Shown here piece after piece: positions 13,701-26,700 of a DNA stretch of 64,000 nucleotides. Positions within the stretch are counted from its first letter, which is position 1; every line of letters begins with the position of its first letter. A program made the translations under genes and the position numbers. The notes beneath the pieces are model-generated. The model was not told the origin of the DNA and did no database searches. It worked only from the letters and a program-made list of their open reading frames with translations. The DNA is from Callorhinchus milii (Eukaryota), in NCBI RefSeq assembly GCF_018977255.1, contig NW_024704742.1:128900001-128964000 (forward strand), given 5' to 3'.

Positions 13701-14343
13701 ACGGAGTCTGACTCCGAGGCGGGGGGAAGAAGGAGGTGACTGTAAGCACAGTTGAAGAGGAAGGTCTTCAGTCGTGATCTAAAAGAGGGGATGGAGGGGG
13801 TCAAGGGAAATATTGGGGGAGAGAGTTCCAAAGCTCCGGGGAGTAGTGGCTGGAATGCCACACTTCACAATAAATTTTTGTGAGACTTTGAGCCATTCCC
13901 ATTGCATGATAAGGGGCACTATCAAGCATTAAGGATTCTGAGCTAGATGTTCTTATCATAATTGGTGATCAAGATGCAAAGATTAGCCTCAGCACCCAGT
14001 CTAAGGATGGAGAAAACTAGTCAGGGTTATTGCTCCTTAGAAAATACATTGGCAAATTCACCAAATTCAGAATAAGATGTTTGTAGATAATATCAGCAAA
14101 CAAACAGCTCTAGCTCCCAGTCAGGCAATGTTTAAAAACAAACCAGTAATGATAAGTGATCGCTTAAGGTTTGTGTTTAATTACCTAACAGATTTGGAAT
14201 CTCATAAGCTGCCTGCTAAAAATAGCAATCTTTCATTAACTCTTTTTAATGGTACCCCAATCCTTTGAATGAGACATTAAACCAAAGTCCTGTCTGCCTA
14301 TCCAGGATGATATTAAAAATTCCATACCACTATTTGAAAAGAG

Positions 14344-15066
14344 AATAACCAACCAACTAGTGACTATCTGCTTTGGGGGGAGGTAAGTGGGGTCTCCTTG
14401 GGAGCTGAACTGGCTCCAAGGTGACATGTTTGGCAATGGAATGTCAGAATCCAGCCAGTCCTCTTTAGAGGTCTCAGTAGTCCAATTCCTGACCACGTGG
14501 GGCCGCAGGACGCCAGAGCACTGTTAACGATAGCACACTCAGGCTCGCTCATCGGCAGGACTTGGAAGGGCAAATCAGCTCCTGTTAACTCTGCAAGCCA
14601 AAGCCCTAATGGACAGGGTGGTCCTGGCTGGATAAGCAGCAGGAAATCGTGCCAGAAAGTGATATCAATGGCAAGCTATGTGGTTTTAGCTGGTTAGACT
14701 CCAGCAGTACCGCAACACATACTCTGGGGTCCCCAAGCCTTGGCTCTTGTCAACCTGTGAAGCGTTTGAGACGTCTTGAAGACGTGATAAGGCGCCTTGG
14801 GATGTCCTCCCGTGAAAGGCGCTATACAAATATAATTTTGTATTATATATCAAATGTAAGGTTTATTCTTATTATTAATACTTTGTGGAATTAGGTAAGC
14901 AGGATGTGTCCCTCCAAGCAGAGAGTGCGCACCCCATTCCAATAAACATTTCTGGAATTTCCACATATTGGTGGCGAACGTGTAACTCTCAGTTTGGATG
15001 GATACTCTTAAGCATGGTGATGGGTTTCCGCATTTGTCAGACATCCAGGTGACCCCCCCAAAAATT
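14344..15066 (+). mobile_element. Unclassified retroposon inserted into a Deu-SINE, 7-bp TSD
   Basis: Flanked by aaaagag (14337-14343 and 15067-15073), with Deu-SINE sequence on both sides. Homologous pieces at about 9865-10000, 11850-12235, 23180-23350(-), 32545-32895, 46909-47073(-) and 55690-55795. Confidence 0.7.
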
Positions 15067-15718
15067 AAAAGAGTAGGTAGCTTCTGCCAATAACCGGCCA
15101 ATAATTCTCCAAATAAAAATTGCTCATTCACTTCATGACTATTTTTGGGACGTTGCTGTGCGCAAATTGGCTGCTGATTATAATATTAATAATCAGTGCA
15201 CTTGATACAGCGCCTTATCACGTCTTCGAGACGTCTCAAAGCGCTTCACAGAATATACTGTGAAGTGAATTGACTGTATATTTTGTGGGCGAAACGCGGC
15301 AGCCAATTGCACACAGCAGTGTCCCACAAACAGTCGTGGATTGAGTAACCAAATTATTATTATTATATTTTTAAAATTTATTTTGATGGGATTATTATCC
15401 CCGGATGATGATAAAAACATTTGTTTTAATAAATAAAATAAAAAATAATAAAACATAACATGCAGGAGCAATAAAAAGAAAAATTATGCCTACAAAATAC
15501 ACAGTGATTACCCTGCATAGTAAAAATCATTCAAGCGCTATAAGACACATGAACAATGCGAAAAGGAGGTACAGCAAATGCAAGGATTGCTGTTATAAAT
15601 CCCAAGATTATTATTGTTAGTGATCAGTGTAAAATAGACTCCGATGTTAAGATGCAGAAACAAGTCCTGTTAAATGAACAGCATCTTTATAGAAATCCAC
15701 CATTACTTCTTAGCAGTT

Positions 15719-16031
15719 ATAATAATAATCCTTGCATTTGATATAGCGCTTTTCACGTCTTCTAGACGTCTCAAAGCACTTCACAAAATATGCTGTAAAG
15801 TGAATTGACTGTATATTTATGGGCGAAACGCAGCAACCAATTGTGCACAGCAGTGTCCCACAAACAGTCGTGGATTGAAAATGACCAATTTATTATCGTT
15901 TTGTTTTGGAGGGTTTATTATTAGGCGTGTGAAGTAAGGAAACTTGCCCAAGGTTTCGCCCTGCCTGGAATTGAACCCAGGTGTTTCGCTTGCAAGGCGA
16001 GTGCTCTAACCACTGAGCTACAGGACTCCAC
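15719..16031 (-). mobile_element. Young tRNA-derived SINE, full length
   Basis: Complete head to tail, same family as 10389. Confidence 0.9.
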
Positions 16032-16916
16032 ATAGTTCAAAGTGATGAAAAGAAAAGCATTCAAGTTTTCCTTCAGATAAGATGTTAAACCAAGATTCTG
16101 ACTTGCTATTCAAGTGAAGATCCTAGAGCACTATTTAAAAAGAGATGGAAGTTTCTCCTGGTGTCCTGGTCACAAAAAATACATAGTGAAACAGTATATC
16201 CTGTGAAGTGCTTTGAGACATCTCGATGACATGAAAAGGCACTGTATCAAATGCAAGTACAGTATTATTAAAATATCTGTAGATAAAATTAATTGTTCAA
16301 TCGAGGCTATGATATATTGTTGTGTGCATAATTGGCTGCTGTGTTCACCTACAAATACGTACATAAATAAATAATCCTTTCTTTTGATGTAGCGCCTTTC
16401 TCTTCGGGAGTACATCTGAAAGTACTTCACAGGATTGTACTATGAACTAAAAAGAAAGGCACTATATCAAATGCAAGGATTATTATTAAACTTCTCAGCT
16501 GATCACTAGCTAAAGTTGTCCACTGAAGACAGACTTTCATGTTCCTGCATTGAGTATCAAAAAGATCACCCTTGACTTCATCTTTCAAAAGTATCAACTG
16601 AAACCCTCACTACAAAGCCTAAGTAAAAGCAGTTGTCTGTAAACTGAAGCTCATGTTTGCTTTAGGGTAAATGAACATAACTCATTTCATGTGTGACCTT
16701 TAGCAGGCATGGGGGCAGGGGTTGGTTGAGGTAATCTTTCACTTAGCTCTGAGATGCTAATTAAATTTCTATTTGCTAGCAGATAGTCTTTCACAAGGGT
16801 TGTGCTGGCTTCATTGGCTCATGACCTTTCACTTATTGGATGTCCCTCAATCTTTCTGAACTGAAGTGTTCTGACCTTGCGGTTATTTCATAAAATTGCA
16901 CTTCAGACTTACGTAC

Positions 16917-17083
16917 ATTATCATCTTTGTAGTTCAACTGTTGCCGAGATCTATTTTTCATATCAGCAGCAAATTTGTAAAACTTTTGCTTTGCTGTCCT
17001 GAGTAGTGTGACGGTCTGAAGTGAACGATATGCTTGCTTTGCTACAGAATCAAATGCGTCTCCTTGTTTCCACGAGCCATTGC
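16917..17083 (-). CDS. NPR3: NPR3-type natriuretic peptide clearance receptor, coding exon 3
   Basis: Not in the ORF track; read manually. ttttaccctcag|GC AAT GGC TCG TGG translates (G)[55 protein letters not shown]|gtacgt. It is 167 bp, phase 1 to 0, and matches the recalled NPR3 exon 3 motif [28 protein letters not shown]. Confidence 0.93.
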
Positions 17084-20000
17084 CTGAGGGTAAAACAGAA
17101 AGTTCTACGTTAATTTATATTTTACACAATTTTATAAGTGCTTTCGCTGCATTCAGAGCTGTCTGATTTCCTAAAACCTATCAACAACAACAACAAATTG
17201 CATTTGTAAAGCACCTTTCATGTCCGGAGGATGTCCCAAGGCACTGGGCCATCAGGTATTTGGACCAGAGACAGGGGTTGGGATCAGATGGGGTGAAGGG
17301 CATGGAGAGTAGGAGTAGGAGGGTGACCAAAGGCATGATCGAATAATAGGGTCTTCAGATCTATCAGCAACAACATGCATTTATATAGCGCCATTTACGT
17401 GCAGCAGCGTCGCAAAGTGCTTCACAGTAATATGCAAAGTAGATGTGTTTATGATATTAATTGGACTTAATTTATATGTCTGTACAATTTTTAATACTAT
17501 ATGCTTTTAACTGCACAATGTACTCGGTAGTGAAAGTTGATAAAGATCGCTAGAAGCAGAAATCCCATTGCAAAACAATGGCATAATGACCTCTAATTTA
17601 GTATAAATTAGGTTTTGGTTTACCTAATAAAGGGTAACCAACAGCTGGAATGGATTACCATAATAACCACATGGACTTATTCACGAAACAGCTTGATGCT
17701 ATAATGGGAGGACGGTAAGGAATGCTTTTCTGGAAGGATAAGATCAAATCCACAACTGTTTTGGGGAACAATACTGTGTGCAATTGGCTGCTGCGTTCGC
17801 CCACAAAATATACAATCAATTCACTTCACAGTATATTCTGTGAAATGCTTTGAGACGTCTCGAACACGTGATAGGGCGCTATATCAAATACAAGGACTAT
17901 TATTATAAATGGGCAAAAGGGGTTTCTTAATCCTAATTTCACTTCTGATGATCTGGTGATTGTTGGCAAATTGAAGAGGTAGAACTAAATCCCATTGAAG
18001 TATAATTCCTAAAGAATGTTGAACAAGTAACTAATTGGTAACACAACCACCAAAGTCACATTTTTGAATCCTCTTTCTACAAATTGTGATATATTCCAAA
18101 CACACCAGTTTGGAAAGAGTGTGGATATAATAATAATTTTGCATTTGATATAGAACCTCATCACATCGTTGAGACATCTCAAAGTCCTTCACAGGACATT
18201 CTGTAAAGTGGATTGACTGTGCATTTTGTGGGAAAAATGCAGCAGCCAGCTGCACAAAGCAATGTTGTCCCACAAACATCCATGGAGTGACTGACCAATA
18301 TTATTTGGAGGATTGTTGGCCAGGACACTGGGAAAAACTCCCTTCTCTTTTCGCACAGTGCCATGGGAACTTTAACATCCACCTGAACAGGCAGACGGGA
18401 ACTCGGTTTAACGTATCATCAGAAGAATGCCTCATCTGCTATTGGTCACTTGTTAGCACTGCCTGTGCTGAATAGGTTGGTTAAAAGGATTCACCATCTC
18501 ATTCTCACGTCACCCAATCATTCAGTGGACATTGCAAAGTGGGCGCGACTGAGGTATTTGCATAAAGGAGAAAATCGACTGTCATTTCTAGCCTCCTCCC
18601 GAGGTTTGGGAACAGGGAACGTTGACTGTCCTCTCAATCATCTAGTATTGTGTGGTACAGGGGAAGGGGGTGGTCCTAAAAACAAGAAAGAAAATAAGTT
18701 GAACAATCAGGAAACAAATAAAAGAAATCGGATGGGTCTCAGTAAACATGATTGTATTCAGAGCAACAAAGTATTGCAATATTTTATTTTGTGTTTTCCT
18801 TACTTATTTTTATCTCAAGCTAGATCATCACATTCACTATTCAATAGGGACCAAATAAGTGATTGCCTTAAACCCTTTGCTAATGTAAACTCGCAGACAC
18901 ATTTGGCTAATATTCTGCTTGGTGTTAGATGTATTCACATTGACGAGGTTGGCCTTAGATGGGGTTTCCCCAATAGGATCACACATTACCAAAGTAGGCA
19001 TGTTTAATACTAACCTCTCATAAGACACCTGTAATAAAGTACCTTAAATAATAATAATACTTGCAATTGATATAGTGCTTTAACACATCATTGAGACGTC
19101 TCAAAGAGCTTCACAGAATAATAATACTCAGCAACTTCAATCGTTCTAGGTACATTTGCGTGTTCTGATATGGAGAAAGCCATAACATCATTCAATAATA
19201 ATAATCCTTGCATTTGATATAGTGCCATATTACGTCTTCAAGACATCTCAAAGCACTTCACAAAATATACTGTAAAGTGAATTGACTATATTTGTGGGCA
19301 AAACACGGCAGCCAATTGCACACAGCAGTGTCCCACAAACAGTTGTGGATTTAGTGACCAATTTTTTTTTAAGGATTATTATCTCTGGAAAAGCGATCCA
19401 CCAATCGACTAACAACCAGGTTCCTACTTACTGCTAGGTAAACAGAGGCGTGTGGAATAAGGAAACTTGCCCAACATCTCGCCATGCCGGAAATCGAATA
19501 ACAACAACAAAATTACATTTGTATTGCGCCTTTCACATCGGGAGGACTTCCCAAGGTGCTGGGACAGACAGAGTTACGGACCCGAGCTGGGGGTCAGGGA
19601 GTGTGGAGTGGAGGGGGAGAAGCAGGGAGATCGAAAGCATGGTCGAACCCAGGTCTCTCGCCTGCGAGGTGAGCCCTCTAACCACTGAGCTACCAGACTC
19701 CACAGAATATATTGTAAAGTGGATTGATTGTGTGTTTTGTGGGTGAAACATGACAACCAATTGCACCCAGCAGTGTGGATCGAGTGATCGAATTTTCTTT
19801 TTTGGAGGGATTATTACCCCTGGAAAGCGATCCGCCCATTGACTAACAACCGAGTTCCTACTGACTGCTAGGTGAACAGAGGTGTGTGGAGTATGGAAAC
19901 CTGCAAGGTTTCGCCCTACCCAGGAATGAAACCCAGATCCTCTCGCTTGCGAGGGGGAGGTGATTAGGAAGGTTTTCAGGTGCGACCTGAAGATGGGAAA

Positions 20001-20110
20001 AGGGGGGACAAGGCGGAGGGTTAGAGGAAGAGTGTTCCAGAGTTTCGGAGCGACAAGGGTTAAATAAACACATGAATTAATGATATATGTAAATATGGAA
20101 ACAAATATAC

Positions 20111-20233
20111 CAAATGTACTACTGTTGAAGAGTTCGATGTTGAAGAATACATAGTCTCCTTTTGTCATTCCCTGCCGATGTGCTTCCAGCATAACTTTCC
20201 GGATGTTTTGACTTGATGCACACATAATAACAA
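20111..20233 (-). CDS. NPR3: NPR3-type receptor, coding exon 2
   Basis: cttttcctcttttgcag|TT GTT ATT ATG TGT ... ACA TTT G|gtatat; 123 bp, phase 1 to 1. Encodes (I)[40 protein letters not shown](G), the NPR3 exon 2 motif, inside ORF 19533..20315. Confidence 0.95.
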
Positions 20234-20409
20234 CTGCAAAAGAGGAAAAGCAAAATATTTCTTCAGCAAACACTAATTTATCATTGACATTTCCCAAAAG
20301 AGTCAACTGTTGCATTAACTTCTAATACAACGTTGCATTACCCCACTCTCCCCGCACCGCCCTCCCCGTTTGGGTTACTCTTTCCCGCCATAGTTTCAAA
20401 TAAAAGATG

Positions 20410-20790
20410 ACAACAATAAATTACACTTGCATAATGCCTGTCACATTGGAGGACATCCCAAAGCGCTGGACAGTTAGGGATTTTGACCTGAGCTGGAGGT
20501 TGGGATCAACAAGCATGGAGGGCAGGTGGGTGCCCAAAGACAAGGTCGAAGAGGAGGGTCTTGAAAGGGGCCTTGAAGGAGGCAAGGAAGGGAGCGAGGG
20601 GATAGGACTGTGGGATGTACTTCCAAAGGGTGATGACAGAGAAGCTGAAGGTCTGACCACCGACGGTGAGGTGGGCAGGACGAAGGACATGGAGGATCTG
20701 GAGTCTGCTGAGCAGAGAGAGTGGGCAGGTTTATATGGAGTTAGCAGGTCACAGAGGTAGGGAGGAGCAAGGCCATGGAGGGTTTTGAAC
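20410..20790 (-). mobile_element. L2 LINE 3' fragment
   Basis: FKTLHGLAPPYLCDLLTPYKPA (ORF 20421..20792) and L2 3' tail. Confidence 0.85.
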
Positions 20791-23027
20791 ACAAGACAAT
20801 TTATGCAAGGAGAAAAGACTGCATTGCATCATCAACATATAAGCGTCTCCTAAATATTTAGACACAGTTGCCTTTGTCTCCATAATATCAAATAAAAGAT
20901 AATTTATGCAAGGAGAAAAAAAACTGCATTGCATCATCAACAAATAGAATACTCCACTAAATATTTAGACACTGTTGGCATTTGGCAATGTACAGCTGCG
21001 CTTTGGTAATATGGACACACTGCAAGAAAAGATCATGAAAAACTATTTGTACAAGTTTTATTATTACAGTATTTATAAATCTGAACTGTTTTCTTCTCTG
21101 TTTACGCAAACTGAGATTATTTTTATCACGTAATGTGCAATGCTTTGCATCTGAAATAGACATGAAAGTTAGTTATACAAATTATGTGAGTCCATGCTTT
21201 ATATAAACACTACCTTAAATTCTGCAGTGCCTCAAGAAAATATTTCACAAATCTTCCATTTATTTGCCAACTGCGCGATGAGATGCTGCAAATTGCTTCG
21301 CTGGATCAAACAAATGTTTTCACTTTATGCCCAAGCACAGACATCAATACAACTTACATTTATATCACAGCTTCCACATCAGGAGGACATCTCAAAGCAC
21401 ATACAAAAGAATGTACAGCTTTTTCTGGCTCTCCTGACAGTCCACGGTTAAGATATAGCTTCAAGTCAGCTCTAATTTGATACAGTTGTGGGAGGACATC
21501 TTAACATGGGAGTAAACCTTCTCTTCTCTTCAGTATGACATTCCAAACATACGTATCACTGACAAAATTGAAAACGCTATTGCACCTTTATCTATAATGA
21601 GAGTGTGTTGGAAAAAAATTGCACAACAGCTTGGATCTGTTTCTAAGTAACTGCAAACGTTTTTGGCGATTGTGTGCAAAAACATCACTGTTTAATGGAA
21701 ACTATTCCAATTTCATTACTTCTACATATTAAACATCTAAATCGTTTCAGTTTTTTTTTAACCAAGTAAAACTAAACCAGGTTTGCTCTACTGAGAAACC
21801 AACAATAAAATTATACATCAATAAATTCTTTGTGCAGCTGGCCACTCTATTGAGCAACACTGGTTGCAACACATGGCAGTGATCTACAAAAGATTCCATT
21901 CATTTCTAGATGTGATTCCGTAACAACATATTGTGGTCAACAAGGAAATCGTAACATAAATGTAAATCTACTATGATAATTATATCAGCAAAAATAGTTC
22001 AAAAGGATTGTGTGCATTGTTTCCAACGATGTAGTCTACATCTTCTAGTAACTTTTAAGGAATAAGCATGATTCTCATAACCAGTCTGGCGACTGATGAC
22101 ACAGAGCCTTGTCATTGAGTTCTTCGAATGCCAGTTCCTAAAGCCATTTGGCTGTCTATGCACAGACCAGTCCTCTCAGATTTGGTCTATCCAATTGGCA
22201 GCATTCTCTCACTTCCACTTTCTGAGGGTACCAATCTTCACTCTTGCAAGTTACATCTCCTGTCCCTTGCAATCTTTGTGCCATAATGTATTTTATTCTG
22301 CGTGAAAGCTTCTTTTTGTGACAATATTGTCCATCCTAATAATAATCCTTGCATGTGATGTAGCAATCTATCACATCGTTGAGACATCTCAAAGCGCTTC
22401 ACCGAATATACTATAAAGTGAAGCGACTGTATGTTTACTGCGCGGAACGTGGCAGCCAACTGCACACAGCAGTGTCCCACAAACAGTCGTGGATTGAGTA
22501 ACCAAATTATTATTGATATATTTTTTTGAAGGGATTATTACCACTGGAAAGCAATCAACTAACAACCAGGTTCTTATACACTGCTAAGTAAACAAAAGCA
22601 TGCAGAGTAAGGAAACTTGCTTAAGGCTTTGCTGTGCCCTGCAATCAAACCCAGGTCTTCTTACTTGAGAGGTGAATGCTCCAACCACTACGCTACAGGA
22701 CCTCCAGTCTTCCCATTTGGTGTCCAGCATCCTGCAAAGGATTTTCTAACCTCATTCACCTTTTGCTTCTCTGCCTTGATCTGGGTTCAGCACTCGGTGA
22801 CATTAAGAAGTGTTAGAGTGGACACACAGCATCCAACTTTCAATCCTTGCCTCCTACACCACAGTGTTTTGTACAGTTCCACACATCCAGTCAGAACAAT
22901 GCACCTCTCCGCTTCTTTCTATTAAACCCCTCTTCATGAAGCACGCAACTTGCCAGCTGTATAAACTCACCCACCCCTTCAGCCTCCTCTCCATTAATGA
23001 GACTTCCTTCAACCTCACACTTAAATC

Positions 23028-23165
23028 TTCTGACGAAGAGTCGTGAACCCGAAACGTTGACTCACTTTCCTTTCTCCATAGATGCAGCTTGACCTGCTGA
23101 GTGTTCCCAGTGACTTCTGATTTTTGTTTCAGATTTCCAGCATCTGCAGTATTTTGTGTTTTGTT
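23028..23165 (+). mobile_element. Penelope-like terminal repeat with minimal hammerhead motif
   Basis: CTGACGA (23030-23036), stem II, GAAACGTT (23051-23058), then the same downstream sequence as 5630-5765. Confidence 0.7.
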
Positions 23166-23430
23166 TAAATCTTTTAATTTGGTCAGACAGGTGCCTGACA
23201 CATTTAGAAACCCATCGCCATGCTTAAGAGTATCTGAACCAGACTGACAGCTCCACATATGCATGCTACCTATTTTGGAAATTTCTGTGTGTCTGGAATA
23301 GAATGCGCACTTTCTTCCCAGAGGGAGGCAATGCATCCTGTTTACCTGGAAAGTGTTAGGCACCCATTAGCAATAGCCAAAGCTTAAATCATAAACTTGC
23401 TCTTTTGCACACTTGCTGAGCCCCCACTTT

Positions 23431-23756
23431 GTGGAGTCCTGTAGCTCAGTGATTAGAGCACTCGCTTTGCAAGCGAGAGACTTGAGTTCAATTCCAGGCA
23501 GGACGAAACCTTGGGCAAGTTTCCTTACTCCACACAGAGCCTAATAATAATCCCTCCAAAAACCAAAAACAATAATAAATTGGTCATTTTCAACCTATGA
23601 CTGTTTGTGGGACACTGCTGTGCGCAATTGGCTGTCGCGTTCGCCCACAAATATACAGTCAATTCACTTTACAGTGTGTTCTGTGAAGCGCTTTGGGACA
23701 TCCTCCCGACGTGAAAAGCGCTATATCAAATGCAAGGATTATTATTATTATTATTA
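23431..23756 (+). mobile_element. Young tRNA(Ala-like) SINE, full length
   Basis: Head can form a near-complete cloverleaf (GTCCTG/CAGGAC acceptor stem) and runs directly into the SINE body and tail. Confidence 0.92.
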
Positions 23757-26700
23757 TGTTTTTTATGACTCGGTTCCTCACTGATCATGATGACATCAAA
23801 AGTAAAGATTAAATAGAAATGACCACATCATTCACGGATTCTTTCCAAGCCCCTAACCAATGCATTCCTTTAATTCCAACTGCAATAGCAGGTAAGCTTT
23901 CCGTTGATTTACTTGTTCTAATTTTAGGATATTTGTGATATTTCATAACTCGCTTCTTGTGATAATTATTGTGAATTTCACTCCTATAATTCACACTGAA
24001 AGCTGCTTCCTCCTCCTGCACTGATTTGCTTTCAAGCTGACAACTTAATTAATGTACCATCGCCAACGCTGCTGTTTTCTAAACAGGGGATTGTCTTCTG
24101 TATCTGTAGAGATGTACTTTTGCCACATCAGTCCAATTAATGCACTAATACTGATTTGACTTTCACACAGAAAAATCCATCAGTGCACCTGTGCTGATTA
24201 AATTTCCTGCACCACTGACAAAACCTAGCTGTACAGCATCCTTAAAAAATATTGTTCATGGAAAGACTCTATGGTATCTATATAAACTGCAGTCACATTG
24301 AAGAACTATTATTCTATTATTATTTGCAGGAAATGCATTGCCAGATGACAATGAACACACTGGAACCTAATTTGCAGGTTGGCTTAATCATGTACAGGCG
24401 CATATGTACTGAGAAAATGATAGATTTAAGGGCAGTTTCTGATGCGAAACTTAGTGCGTACAATATTTTAAATCACTTCACAAGTAATTTCTGTCAAGGG
24501 CGGTGACTTTTGTAGGCAAATGCGGTAGCCATTTGTGCTAGCAAGGTCCCACAGACAGCCATACGATGAGGGACAATGAATCTGGAAGATTGTTGGCCTG
24601 AACACTAGAAGTACAAAGATTTACAAGGAACGTACAGCACCGAAACAGACCACTCGGCCCAACCAGTCCTACACCGTGCCAGTGTTTATACTCCGCACAA
24701 GTCTCCACCCATTCTGTACTCATTCCTATAACCTTCTATTCCTTGGTAAACTTTCTACTGATCTTTTTCTGATGTGAATGTGTAGCTTCCTCTTCAAGGC
24801 ATCCATACTGTCTGAAGTAGTATTGTATTTGTTGCTGGGCAAAAGTAAATGTTGAATGGCACTTGGCCATTGATAAGCACTGAGCTAACAAGTGCTGATC
24901 TTCAGATAATACTAAATCCTTGCCTTTGATATGGTTCCTTATCTCATCATCTGTACATCTCAAAAGTACTTTACAACAACTTGTGTTTATATAGTACCCT
25001 TCACTCCGGACAGCGTCTCGGAGCGCTTGAGGGATTTTACAAGGATTTTAGTATGGAACACAAACACAGCAGCAAATTTGTACTCAGCAATATCCCACGA
25101 ACAGCCAAGAAGTGAATAACCAATTTTATCTGGGATTGTTGGCCAAAATACTGGGAGAAACTCCCTTTTCTTTTCAAATTGTGCAATGATATTATTAACA
25201 TCCATTTGATCAGGTAAAAGCTACCTCAGTTTAACATTTCATCTAAAGAACAACAACTCTGACAATGCAACAAGCTTCCTGACATTGCACTGGACTTTCA
25301 GCCTAGATTGTGTATAAAGTTCCAATGTGGGTCATGAACCCAGATTTTGGAGTATGACAATAATACACAACTTTGAATATGTTAATTCTGCAAACAAGTC
25401 TCTAGTTATTAGTCAAAATACAGTTAAACGTTTGACTGTTTTAAAATATAAAATATTCAACAGTACTAAATATGGGAGAGAAGTTTAAAAACTTCCCAAC
25501 AACAATTCACACTTATATAGGCGCTTTCACGTAGGAAAACATCTCAAAATACTTTACAGAGGTCGAGTGAGAATCCAAGTTGGTAGGAGACAGAAAGGTT
25601 GGGAGAGGTAGCTGAAGTCACAGACAGAGGTTTTTACATTGGTTTTGAGTGCAGAGATGGAGGGAGTTGCAGAGAGCCAGGGAAGTAGATGAAAGCTTGC
25701 CCACTGATTAGTGGGATAGAATGGGAGAGGACATGAAGTAAGCTGGAGATAGCGGAGCAGAGGAAACTGGCAATAGAGCAGGACTACAGGAGATCACAGA
25801 GATAGGGTGGGGCAAATCTTTGTAAATAAGGACAATGATTTTAAATGCTGATCAGTGGCGGGATACTGAGGCCAATGGAACCCAGTAAGGATAGAGCAAA
25901 TGGCTTGCAGAGCCCTTTGTGGGAGAGAATATGAGGTTTGGAGATTTAGTCTGGAGATGTGCTGAGTTGTGCTGAGGAGGTTTATCAGCACGAGGTTGAA
26001 GGAGTCAATAGATGTTAACAATGCCATTGCACTATTTGAAAAGAAAAGGGAGTTTCTCCCAGTGTTTTGGCCACCAATCCACAGATAAAACTGATTATTC
26101 ACTGCTTGACTGTTTGTGGATATTGCTGAGTGTAAATTTCAATATGATGTTAACACAGAAAGAGATGTAGAAGTCAAAGGGTTATGTGGTAGAGATAAAG
26201 ATTTACATCAAACCAATTGAACAGTTTACTAAAGGAAAGGTCCACAAGCTAAAACAGCATTAGCTTGTGTTCAGGTGCAGAAAATAAACACTGTGAAAAA
26301 CCAACAGAGTTCATTAAGTACCATACAGCATAATATGTACATTGCTGAAAGTAACCCTTACCATTTTTATAAACTATTAGTTACCACAAAAACACATGAC
26401 TGTATTTACCAAACATACGCACATGAACACGCACACACATTTGGACATTTAGAAATTATTGCTCTCTTTGAGCTCAGTTTGATCTTGTTTCTGCATCTTT
26501 TAATAATAATAATAATCCTTGCAATTGATGTAGCACCTTTTCACATCATCGAGACGTCTCAAAGCACTTCACAGAATATGCTGTAAAATGAATTGACTGC
26601 ATTTTTGGGGGGCAAAATTGCTTTCACTTTTATTCCCCTTCTTTCCAGTCACCGTGCTTCACTTCACTCCTTATTATAACCTGTGCTGAATTCATAAATA

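Noticed and set aside
1..16900. NPR3 exons 4-8
   Set aside because: No VNMFxEGFHDA, WNRTFEG or transmembrane exon was found by eye. This is consistent with a long intron 3 extending beyond the left edge.
18450..19007. 185-aa ORF antisense in NPR3 intron 2
   Set aside because: Non-ATG start and no recognisable motifs or splice support.
19533..20315. 260-aa ORF as a complete protein
   Set aside because: Only 20111-20233 is exon; the rest is intron plus L2 and SINE read-through.
23434..23505. tRNA-Ala(TGC) gene
   Set aside because: The cloverleaf-like head runs straight into the SINE body and tail and is repeated many times; it is a SINE head.
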